Source of the DNA: Sphaerodactylus townsendi
Lineage: Eukaryota
Length of the DNA: 64,000 nucleotides
Reading direction: 5' to 3'
Assembly: GCF_021028975.2 (NCBI RefSeq)
Contig: NC_059438.1
Span: forward strand, 20,584,001 to 20,648,000
In this document: positions 12,401 through 24,400 of the stretch, piece after piece
Position numbering within the stretch: position 1 is the stretch's first letter
Layout of the letters: every line of letters begins with the position of its first letter
Notes under the pieces: generated by a model
Seen by the model: the letters and a program-made list of their open reading frames with translations, nothing else
Databases searched by the model: none
Told to the model about the DNA's origin: nothing
Program-made: the position numbers and the translations under genes

Positions 12401-15400
12401 TTTAAATCCACCCCCTTCCTGCCAATGCTTGTTTTCTTTCTTTCTTTCATTCTTTCAATGCCTACTAAAGGTTGTTGTTGTTGTTGTTGGGGGGGCATCA
12501 AACGCAGGTTTTGCCCAGGGCTCCAGTTTGCCTAGGTACGCCACTGCTCTAAACCATTCATTTCCAGGAGATTTGATCACTGTGGTTTGGAGATGAGCTG
12601 CAATTCTGGGAGATCCCCACATCCCCATCTAGAGGCTGGCATCCCTATCTGCAGTAGCTTTGAGTCCCAGCTTATACTCTGCAAATATTGTTGATCTCCA
12701 ATGTACTACTGAACTCAGATGTAGATCTTCACAATTAGGAAAAGGAGGGATTTTGGTGGCTAGAGTTGGACCTGCTCAGAATAACTGGGACGCTCCTGTC
12801 TTTTCAAATCAGCATACCAACACATGAGCTTTTCAGGAGTGTGTGTAAATAACCAGGATAGGAACAGGGAGTGTCATGGCCTCAGCGTGGAACATCCAGT
12901 TCCCAGGTTCAGGCTCCACGACTTTCTTCAACAGCAGTGAGGCCCATTTCATGCAGAGATGGAAATATATCCTCCCCCCCATCCTCATAAAGATCCAAGA
13001 GCCAGTTTTTTGTTGATGCGTCTGAAGATCAATGGGTATCTTTTGAAACAAAGGAATTTGGGTCTTGCAGGCTCAGCAGTCATAGATCTGTGCATAAAAT
13101 CAGAATAGGCAGAATGTCAGATGGGTCTGGCCAGATGTTTGTCTGTCACAACAAAATAAAGTAACAGTCCAGTGCCAACTCCAAGGCTAACAATATTTAT
13201 TACAGCACATATGATAAAGTGAACTCTGACTCACAAAAAGGTATACTGGAATAAATGCACTCCTGCCCGGGTCCCTGTGTGCGCCCCCCCGTGCCCCACT
13301 TATGGGAGCCAATATGGAGGCCGGGGATTGGGGGGGCAGTTCAGATTGGTGCCATGGGGCTGCCCGCTGCTGAGCCCCGCCTGCCGTCCTCCCTACAGGC
13401 CAGCGCAGGAGCCAGCCTGCAGGGGGGGCGGAAGGGCGAGGTTCGGCAGTGGGCGGCTCGGGTGCACACCGCTTTGTCACGTGGCAAAATGGTGTGCGCC
13501 TGGCAACATGGGATACCCCATGTCCCCATTAGCAGTACACTACTGAATATATTTTAAGTTGCCACTGGCCTTGTGAAGAAAAGGAAGAGTTTTCATACCC
13601 CTCTTTTTCTCTAACTTGAAGTCTCAAAGTGGCTTATAATCGCTTTCCCCATCCTGCAACAGACACTTTGTGAGGTAGGTGGACTGATAAAGAGTTTGGA
13701 GAGAATTGTGACTAGTCCAAAGTCACCCAGCAGGCTCCATGTGTAAGAGTAGGGAAACAAACCTGGTTCACCAGAGTCTGCCACTCATGTGGAAAAGTAG
13801 GGAATTAAACCTGGTTTCATTCCAGATTGGAACCCACTACTATTAACCACTGCACCAGGGGTGGGCAATTATTTTTTCCATGGGGCTGCATAAGAAACAG
13901 AAAATATTGTGGAGGGCCGGGCCAAAAGGCTGAACTCAATTCTGCATAATAGGGGCTGATAAGTGACAGACAGGTGCACAGATCAACTTGGAATCAGTGG
14001 CAACAGTTCTGCATACAACACTATTTGGCACAAAGAATCACAGGCTTAACCTACCTGCATAGTTGTCCACTGTGACAAGCAAGCAAGTGGGGAGACTTAA
14101 GTCCCTTGACCTACCTTTTTCATCGACTGGTGCTTTTGAAAGCCCCGCAGAAGCCAGTTGCCTTGGTTGCCAGCTTCTGCGGGGCTTTCAAAGGCGCCTC
14201 GCTCCCCAGCAAGGCAGGGGGGCGAGGCGCTTTTGAAAGCTCCACAGAAGCCGGCAGCCAAGGCAACCGGTTTCTGCGGGGCTTTCAAAGGAGGGGAATG
14301 CCCCAGAAGCCACTGTGCAAGGGGAGTGGCCTTTCTCAGAGGCCGTTTCCGGCGCAGTGGCAAGGTGAGGGGGGAAGGGGGAGGGTTAGCGGAAGAATGA
14401 GCGGCGCGGTTCTAAACAGGTCCTCTTAGGCCAGGGCCAGGTCTGTCATACGGGCCAGTCAGGGTCATCCAGCGGGCCGGATGTGGCCCCCGGGCCGTAT
14501 AATGCCCAGGTCTGCACTACACCATACTGGCTCTCCTGTCTTAACAACCAGAAAAAAAGAAAGCAGAGATTAAAGAAATTGCCGTTTCACCAATAGTTCT
14601 GGCTGTGATCGTACATGGCCATTGTACCCCTATAGTAGTTACAGGAACCACATGTGAAAATCCTACAACCCTTGGTTCTCAGCCCCTGGCTGGCTGACCT
14701 TGGAATTTAGAATAGAAAGCTAATTTTAGTCCAGATATGCTGATAACAACTGCAAGGGTTTGTGCCTTGAGTCTTTCTTGCTCTTTCCGTATTTCGCCCA
14801 TGCGAAGAAAATTCCCAGGGCTAGTCTTGATTTAGCATGTGACATATTTCAGCCCAGTGTGGCTTAAAAACTAAGCTATCTACTACGCTATGAGGTAGGC
14901 TTTGCTGTTCTAATTCACAAGCAGAAAGAACCGCAACTGCTAATCACCAAACTACTGTGCTTACTGAGAGATTCATGCGTGACTTCAATGTGAATATCTG
15001 CTTGACAAAACCTAAACAAAGACATCTCCCCGAAAGCAACCTGAGAAATGTAATTCTGTAAGCTTAGGGAACACTCAGCATAAAATCCCTGTGATCTTAA
15101 CCCTGGTTATGGCATTGGAAGCACATCTGTAATATAAATGTGCGCATTATTAGGCATGTTTGACACTTATTCCAGTCTCTGTCTTGGCTGCACATATGTT
15201 TAAGTGTCATAGGTTAGTGCAGAAAGCAAAGCACTTTTAGTTCAATTCAATTCAATAAGCCTTTATTGGCATATACACGATAGTATAAAAATACAGTTCC
15301 AGTTAAAAAGTGAATAGTAAAAAACTTCGCGTTTGTCATACATTCAGTTTACAAACTTCTGACAAAAACTTTGCCACTATAAGGCAACAATGAAAATCCT

Positions 15401-18400
15401 GACAATTTAAAAGCATAACTACTTTATCTGATTCAGTATAATCAATCATAGGGTCTATAGCTTGGGATAGCAGGCTGGATTGGAGTTCTTGGTATAATAA
15501 GCAGTTCAGGAGAATGTGTGGGATAGAATCCAGCTGTCCTATGCTACAGGTACAGAAACACTTTTAGTTCTAGGCTTGCTCCAGTGTCTTGAAGCAGCAG
15601 CTGAACACCCAGAAATTTAGAAGGTGAAACATTTATGAGCATGGTGACAACCTGATAAAACTTCACCCTGTTTCATTTTTTCATTGGTATGCTTCTATTT
15701 AAGACACAGGAGCTGTAGGCTAAGGGAGAGGGAATGACTGTCCCATATACTCAATGGCAGGGAAGGATTTGATCTGGATCCCTCCAGTCCTAATCCAGTC
15801 TCCCTATTCCACAATTCTTTATTGCAAAGAAGAAGAAGAGTTTGGATTTATATCCCCCCTTTCTCTCCTGTAGGAGACTCAAAGGGGCTTACAATCTCCT
15901 TTCCCTTCCCCCCTCACAGCAAACACCCTGTGAGGTAGGTGGGGCTGAGAGAGCTCTGAAGAACTGTGACTAGCCCAAGGTCACCCAGCTGGCATGTGTG
16001 GGAGTGCACAGGCTAATTTGAATTCTCCAGATAAGCCTCTGCAGCTCAAGCAGCAGAGCGGGGAATCAAACCCGTTTCCTCCAGATTAGAATGCACCTGC
16101 TCTTAACCACTATGCCACTGCTGCTCCGGCATATGTGTGCTTTAACAAATGCTGACACAGAATCTTCAAAGCCTTGTTTGTTTGTTTGTTTGTTTGTTTG
16201 TTTGTTTGTTTGTTTGTTTGTTTGTTTGTTTGTTTGTTTGTTTGTTTGTTTGTTGTGGTCTGCTGACCCACACAAGTAAAACAATTATGTACAAATCGTG
16301 GAAAACAATGACAGTTGAACTGAGCGGCAAATAAATTCTGTAAACCTGCTCTAGAAACAAACTATTAGTCAAAGTCTTGTTAGCAGCAAATGTATCTAGT
16401 ATTACTATTTTTAACCTATTTAACTATTTTTAATATGCCAAATGCTGACCTCTCAGCAGCAAGGTAGGGAGAAAAGAGCCAGTTGCTTCTCTGGAATATC
16501 TTGTTCCCCCATTTTTTCAGAAAAGGACAAACTGAGTCCTGTTTTATCACAGCTTTACAGTTTGGCTCCCACTCAATTGGGGTTTCTTCCGTTGCCAATA
16601 CAGCAGATTAGTACCCTGGGATTAAGGGGGTTTGTTGCATGTATTTATTTATATAGCTGGTAATGAAAATTATTTGGCTGCAGCTGTTTCAGTCATGAAG
16701 GCAATAGGCTGCTTTTCCATCTCCTAGGTGGAATATGGGAGTAACCAGCCAACAGTAACCACAGTCTAATCTTTCCTTGTGTCAAGAGCTGGCCACAGTT
16801 TGAACATCATTGAAAAGATCAGGTGAAGAATAGAACTGGAGCTGTAGTACAGGCAAGACAGGACAGGGTACAGAAAACAAAGACCCTACAGAAAGTAAGA
16901 GAACAGGAAAGATCAGGAATGGGGACTGGGAATGAAACACATAACCCAGGTAAGGGTCTTAGAAAGAGAGTTCACACAGTTGTCAAAAAGAACAAGAAAA
17001 GGGAGTTGGAAGCCACCTATGCTGCTCTTTATGAGCTTCATGGAGAAAGGGATGAGACAAATGAAGTTATGAATTAAAAGTTCCATGCCTCAAACAGTTT
17101 GTTTAGCCAGCCATCCTTATTGTTTCCTGAAGAGTACAAAACCCTGATTTGGGTGGCCCAGGCTAGTTTGATCTCATCAGGTCCCAGAAGATAAGCAGGG
17201 TTGACATCCATTGCAATGGCGTACTTAGGAGGGGAGAAAGGGGGCAGATGCCCCAGGCTCCACTTTCAGGTGTGACGTGGGGGGCACAGATCAGCCAGTT
17301 CTCCCTCCCCCATATCACTGTGGGGGTGGGGACAATTTTACTGTTTGCCTCCAGGTACTATTTGCTATACATACGTCACTGGCTGGTACTTGGATGGGAG
17401 ATCACCAAGGAATATGAGGGCTGTTATGCAGAGGAAGGCAATGGCAGACCACTTCAGTTAGTAGTTGGTGGCCTTGAAAACTCTGTAGGGTTGCCATTCG
17501 TTGGTTGTGAGTTGCTGGCACTTTACACATCCACACAAGATTAGGGGTGGTCTTTAAGTCATGTTTCTACCAAGCAACTGTTTTGGTTATGTTCTAGATT
17601 TTCCTCTCCCTTTCCATTCTCAAGGGAACATCTGTATTCTATACATTCATATCAGTTTTATATGATCTGTCTGTCCCAGCTCCCCCCCCCCCAAAGGATC
17701 CTGGGAACTGTAGTTCACTGAGGGTGATGAGAATTCTTTGTCGGAGATATTCCATACACAACTGTGTTTCTCAGGGTTTCCTAGACATAGGGAAAGACTG
17801 TCAAAACAAAATAAGAGCATAATGTGACCACACCTAAAGCAGTGTGATGAGGGGAGGGTAAAATGATTGCTGAAAAATGCTTAAATGCTCAGGTGCCGAA
17901 CAGCTGCCTTACAGTTCTAAATGGTCCTGCTGACAAGCTAAGAGATGGGACCAGCGGCCTAACAGATGGAAACTTGGAAAACAAAAGGACTGAACAAAGA
18001 GTCCCAAAATAACTTCCAGGGGAAAACAATAGCCACCGCACAACAGCTTTTCCCAGATTCCTGGCTTCAGCTCTTCCTGTGCCTGCCAGTATGCCGCCTA
18101 AACGTGCCTTTAAAAGGAGGAGTGTTGCTATTGCCGGCCGGCGTGACCCATTGTTAAATCCCTCGGACATACCACAGGTATCTTTGTCCTGGAATCCACA
18201 GCTACCCATCTGGGGAGGTAACTCATCAAACATTCCCAAGCTTTCAGATCTCCCTTTCCATTTGGGCGCAGCGTGGATTTGGCACTTCTGAAGTGTTGGG
18301 CTCTTCCCAGACATACAATAAAGCCTGTGAAAGAGGAATAGGAAAAATATAATTCATTCTGGCCGGATCATTCACAAGCAGCCCCCTCCCTACTGCTGCC

Positions 18401-21400
18401 TCGTGTGTCTAATGCCATGCTTTCTCTCTGAGGCTGTTGTTTACAAGAGCTTACGCTGCAATAATTTGTGACCATGAGCGTTGCTGCTATTGGGTGCTAT
18501 CTGCTAAATGCAGCTGCTCTCTTAGAAGTGGCCCTTGAATTCTTTGGTCTGCTGGGGCAGAGGAGCAAGGATGTGACTCAGAGGAAAACATGCCGAAGCA
18601 CAGCTGCATGTGTGTTCTGCTCCCAAAATAATCACGAGCGCACACAGACCTGTGTGCGTATATTTGGCAGAATTTATCCTGCTTTTGCTGAGGGCAAAGA
18701 GGTCTGCCCACTCACTGGAAATCCTACAAGAGCCTCCATTCAAGTTTTTGAAACTTTGCCAGGCGTTTCCAATGCACTTTCAAAACCTGTTCATGTGGTT
18801 ATCAGGATTAAAAACCTGCTTTGCTATTTTGCTTTTTGTGGTAGCTGAATACTCAGAATGATGAATTTTGCACACATTTTTGATACCAAAAATCACCGTG
18901 ACCTGCATAAACCCACAGAGGAATTGAACACAGGAGATGCGATATACTGAGACAGAACACTTGCCCATCTATTTCACTCAGCCAAGTTACTCTCATAGTT
19001 AGTAGCTCTCCCATACAAGAGAAACTCCTCAAGGAGTGCTCTAAGAAGCTCATGTGCATACGGAGTCCCCTCCCCCAGCCATTCAAGATGTACAAATGAA
19101 ACTCTGTTTGAAGTTCCATCTTATATGGAGGTTTCTGCACAAGAAGCAGGGCCTCTTCTGTGGTAGCCCCAGAATTCTGGAATGTTCTTCTGCAGCAGTT
19201 ACATTTGCTCCCCACCCTTGTTGTCTTTTGGAAGCAAATTAAGACCTTTGTGTTTCACCATCTTTGGTTATCTTTTTTGCTCTGCTGTTTTTGTTTTAGT
19301 TTTAAGCTATACTATTTTTAAAAAATATTGTGTTTTGGTTGCTTTTAATTTACTTTGGAACTTTGCACTGGAAAATGGTAAGAAAAATCTTGTAGAATAG
19401 GATAGGATTATCCCATAGCCTCTTTTACCTTTCCAAATACAGCCATTGGCTTCAAAGAGCCAGGAGGTGCCTCGTTTGAACAAAATTGTCCTTAAATGTC
19501 ACCTCAGGATCATTTTGACTTTGTAAGGCTGAGACAAAGAAGAAAGTGCAGAAAAAGGACTTGACAACTCTCCGAACTACAGATTTGTCAGCACGGTTCC
19601 CTGATTTAAATGACAATCGAGGGAGCCACTATAGGGAGGACAAAGGCACAATCCAAAGAGCGCACTGCACGGTGGCAGGGGCATTTCACCGCAACAATTG
19701 CTGAGTAGAAAAAGCTAGGCAAACTCTTCTCTTTTGCCGTCAGCACATAAGCTGCTGAGATTGATGGCAAAATCATACCGAGGGGGAGAGGCTTCTAGGA
19801 GGAAGTGAAGCTGAAAAAAATTTCAATTATTCTGCAAAACATTCCAAGCATATGTCTGGCAACTCGGCTCCCACGCACTCCCTTGTGGGTTGACAATCAC
19901 TTTCCAGCTACATGGATAGAATTTTTAAAGAAAACTTAACTTGAATATGTGACCCAACAAAAGATGGCAGGAATGCAGCTTCCTCAAAAGAACCCCTGCC
20001 CCTCAAATTCTGGGCATATTTCTGGGTGATGAAGTGGCTTTCCCCCCTTTTTTTGTGTAATCTGTTGTGTGGTGGAAGGAATTGCAGGGAAGAAAAGACT
20101 GTCACATGCAGAATTCAAGCTTATTCCAAGACAGGGCCCAAACCAGCTTATTTCCTAGGGAATCAAATTAAGCTGTTAAATCAAACGAAGAGGGGAAGCC
20201 TGTATCCTCAAATAATTGTGTAGAAAAGGGAATGTTAGCAGGTTCTCTTTGCTGCATTGCACCTGTCAAAACCTCCTCTTCTACAAGGATATTAAAGCCC
20301 CATTCTTTCCCCATTGTCAGCTATCACTGCCCAGTACCAAGTTGGCCCACAAGTATTTCTCCAGAACCTTCCTTCTTCCCCCAAAGTGTGACAGGCATGT
20401 CAGCTTCCTTCAGGCAGGTATTCTTGCAGATAGCTTCTTCATTCGGATCTGAGGGGCAGACACTTTGTGAGGCAGAACTACCGACCGTGAAATTTAACTT
20501 CGAAAATCTCTAACTGAAGATCTGCAGAGTGACAGGGCCCGTTCCGCTCCTGCAGGGACGAGATTCTTCATTGAAACCCAAAGCAGCTTCACCCCAGAGT
20601 CTCAAAGAAGATGCTAAGGCATCCCGGGTGTGAGATCTAGGGAACCCTGAAAAACCCCTTTCTTCACACACAATTCTTGTAGATTAGCCCCCTTAAAGAA
20701 CTCCAGGATTTACCTTCTCATCTCTTCAATCTTCTCTGGTATTCCAGGGCAGATTTTACTTCAAAAACAAACTGAATCAGATAAGAACACACAAATGCCC
20801 CAAATCTGAATTGTGGAGGTTGATTGATCTGATATCACTTTGTTCGCTGTACACAATATTCTGTCACATACCCACAAGGTTTACCCGTTCCAAAAGGCGA
20901 AGTATTCTTTCTTCTTTTGTAATCTTCCCTTGATTTTACAAAAAGAAAAAAAGAGTCCTAGTGGTTTCTGTGGTCCAGAAGTTAAAAAGCTGTGATATGT
21001 GTGAAGAATTTGCACTGAGGTTGTAACTTGAGGTCCATTTGAGAAAAGAAAGGGAACATGTAAACTGCAAAAGACTAGCAAAACTTACACAGGTTGAACA
21101 CACGAAGTTCACAGGTTGAGCATGTCTTTGCATGTGGAACACCCCCACCCACCCCCCAAATTCAAGCTGTGGCATCTCCAGCTAAAAGCCTCAAGGATAG
21201 CAGATTCAGGGAAAGACCCTTCTACCGAAGACCCTGAGCGGTCCCGCCAGTCAGAGCAGACAACATGAAACAGGATGAACTAATGATTTGACATGGTATA
21301 ATAGTGGGTGGGTGGACTGCACATTAGTCAACCAATCCACTCAGCATCCAAGGCTAACACACTTGTATAAATACAAGGTTTCTTTCAACCATTTTTTAAT

Positions 21401-24400
21401 AATGTGAAAATATTTTAAGTTTGTTTACAAAATGTGGAAATTAATTTCCACATTTTGTAAACAAACTGAAATATTTTCATATTGTAAAAAAAATAATTAA
21501 AACAAACTTTGTATTTATACAAGCGTGTTTGCCTTGGGTGCCAACTGGATTGGTTGACTAATGGACATGGTGTAAGGCAGCGTCACGTGCAAGTTCTTAC
21601 TATATAAGATGGTACCATTTGAGAAGTGACAGGGTGACTAGTTTTGGAAAACTTGAAAGTGGTTTGCATTGAATTACCTGCATTCTTTCTCCTTTTGCAA
21701 CAGCTGTGATCTGGACTATGAAGTATACAAAGAGGATTTTCCATACAGGTAGGTTTAGTCCTTTGGCCTCCCCCCCTTCAGTATCTACTCTTCCTATTCT
21801 TTGGGTATCATCACAGTGAAAGATAACACAATTTTAACCAATTACAGGCCTTAATATCTACCCTCCTTTAATACGAGCTGCTATATTTGAAGAATTGTCA
21901 AAATGGGCTTTCTCCCCATCTTCTCCTCTGTAGGGTCTATGAATACCAGAAGATCCCTCCTCTTATCAGTCATATCCCTGTCAAGACCAAGCGAAGCCAC
22001 CTAGGGTCTGGGGGCAAGAGCGCTCTGGGCCCTCACACAGGGTTGAGGAGCAGCAGCAACTCCATGGCAGGCCGTACAAAGTGTGAGTGTTTTGACAAAA
22101 AGACTATGGAAAGGGTTTTTGATGTCAAGGTCCCTTGGGTCATCTTTACTGTTAGCCTATTTGGCATGGTGGTCCTTCATTTTATCCTATCCTACCACCT
22201 CTATGCTATATTTGTCTTGTAACAGCAAAGCCGCTGGCATAGATTAGGCTGAGTGAGTGAAATAACATAGAATATTCACTAACATTCCAATTGCTTGCTG
22301 GACAAAACGGTGAGTATGCAGTTCAGCTTCTCTGAGGTAGGGGGAAGCCTTCAAAAATCGAAAGGAAACCCAGTAAGAAACAAGATGTGGATTGCTGCAA
22401 GCTCCATATTGAAGTTTTACAGGTCCTGCAGAATTGAGATAGATCCCTCAGGGCCCAGGTCTCATTTGAAAAAGTGTTTCGCCAGGCTGGGGCCAAAGTT
22501 GAAAAGGCTCTGGTTCTGATTGAGAACACCCAGACACTTTTCGAGCCAGGCAACGCCAATAAGATGTTATTGGCTGAGCATAATGCCCTTGGAGGTATAC
22601 TGGGTCCTCTGCCACCTCATAGGACCCACCCCCTCATTCAAACTTGCCACCTCATGACTTCTGGGGGAGATGGTGCTTCGGTTGCTTTGAGCTCTCTAGA
22701 GCTCCCTGCCACACATTACTGAAAAGGGCAATTATGCCTGCATAACAGCAGACAGGTTTGACTATAGCCTCCCTAGGAGCTCTGGGGACCTTTAGTTTGA
22801 CAGGGGAATTAGTCAATAGAGCCACTAGTTCTGGAAACATCCAGGATCAGTAGGTATGAGCTTTCGGCTTTCAGAAGTAGACTCCCCGACCTTTCCACTC
22901 ATTAGTTCCGTTTTCCCTGTGGTTTTTTTTAAATTTTCATTTGTTTCTAATCTTTTATTCTTAAATCCTTTTTAGGTTTTTGTAACTCTTTGTGAAAAAT
23001 AATTTTTTTTAAAAAAACCCTTGCAGCCTAATTAGCCTGCTTTTGGCCTTTTTAAAGAAGTCAGTTTTATGACTTCCTAACACACGTGCCAGTGATTTAT
23101 GATTTTCCTTTCCATGACAGACAAATGAACTGCAGTCACAATTCTGTAGCTCCACCCCTCTCCCTGGGCATTTGAGAAGTAGTGATAGTATAACTTAACC
23201 CAGCCATGCCATATCTTTGCAGTACGAGCAGAAGAGCTACACTCCATCAAAGGGGAACTAAGTCAGATCAAAGCCCAGGTGGACAGTTTACTGGAGAGCC
23301 TGGATCGGATGGACCAAAGGCGGGAGCATCCGACAGGTGAGGAGATTTGCATGTGTTTAAGAAGCCAGCATTGTCTTATTGCAGAATTCAGTGTATGAAT
23401 TAACACCTCCTCCCCCACCCCTCAGCCTCAAAGCAATTGGGCGTCTTCCACCTTGGTAATACTCTCTGGTATGTTTTTCATTTGCATTGTTTTCCAGTTC
23501 ATCAGTCCCAGTCTCCACTTCGAGATCTTCACTTTGATAGAATTGTTTTTAGTTATATTTCATAGTCTGCCTCAAATCTCCATGAGAAAGGCAGGTTATA
23601 AATGAAGTTCATCAATATTATATTTAGCACCATCGTTATGCCTGACACTTTATAGTGTAACATATGAAAAATAATAATAATTAAAGAGAGTCCCTGCCCC
23701 AAAGAGATTACAGTCTATTTACAGCATGGGAATAGCAACAGAAGGTGAAAAAGGAGAGAAAACTATGCATTTACCGGTATGTAGTGGTGAAAAGGAAGCA
23801 GTGTTGCCCAAAAAAGAGCTTGCAAAACAAATAGGTTTTAAGGACACAAATACAGCAGGTACTCATAACCGTTTCAACATGCAAGAAAGTTGTGGCGCTT
23901 AGAAGAAGAAGAAGAAGAAGAGTTTGGATTTATATCCCCCCTTTCTCTCCTGCAGGAGACTCAAAGGGGCTGACAATCTCCTTGCCCTTCCCCCCTCACA
24001 AAAAACACCCTGTGAAGTAGGTGGGGCTGAGAGAGCTCTGAGAAGCTGTGACTAGCCCAAGGTCACCCAGCTGGCACATGTGGGAGTGCACAGGCCAATC
24101 TGAATTCCCCAGATAAGCCTCCACAGCTCAAGCGGCAGAGCTTGAAAAATATCCAGTTCAAGTCAACATTTGGGGCAATTCTATAGTGGCAAAATGCTGC
24201 ATTTTGGCAGTGTAACATCTTTGCAAACACAGACCATAGATAATATCTTTTATGTTCTTATCAACATTTTATTTATCTATTTGAATATTTTTAGTCTTCC
24301 TCCCCCGCCCCCTGCCCCATAGGGCCTCAAGGCCTACCCTGCAGGATTACAGATAATTTTAGCCAGCTTCACAACAGATTTGTGAGGCAGGCTAGGATGA

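Noticed and set aside
18091-18177. MPPKRAFKRRSVAIAGRRDPLLNPSDIPQ followed by CAG|GTATCT as an alternative first coding exon of the RALY-like gene
   Set aside because: It ends in phase 0 but the next exon (21704) needs phase 2; joining gives an immediate TGA. At most a non-coding alternative exon.
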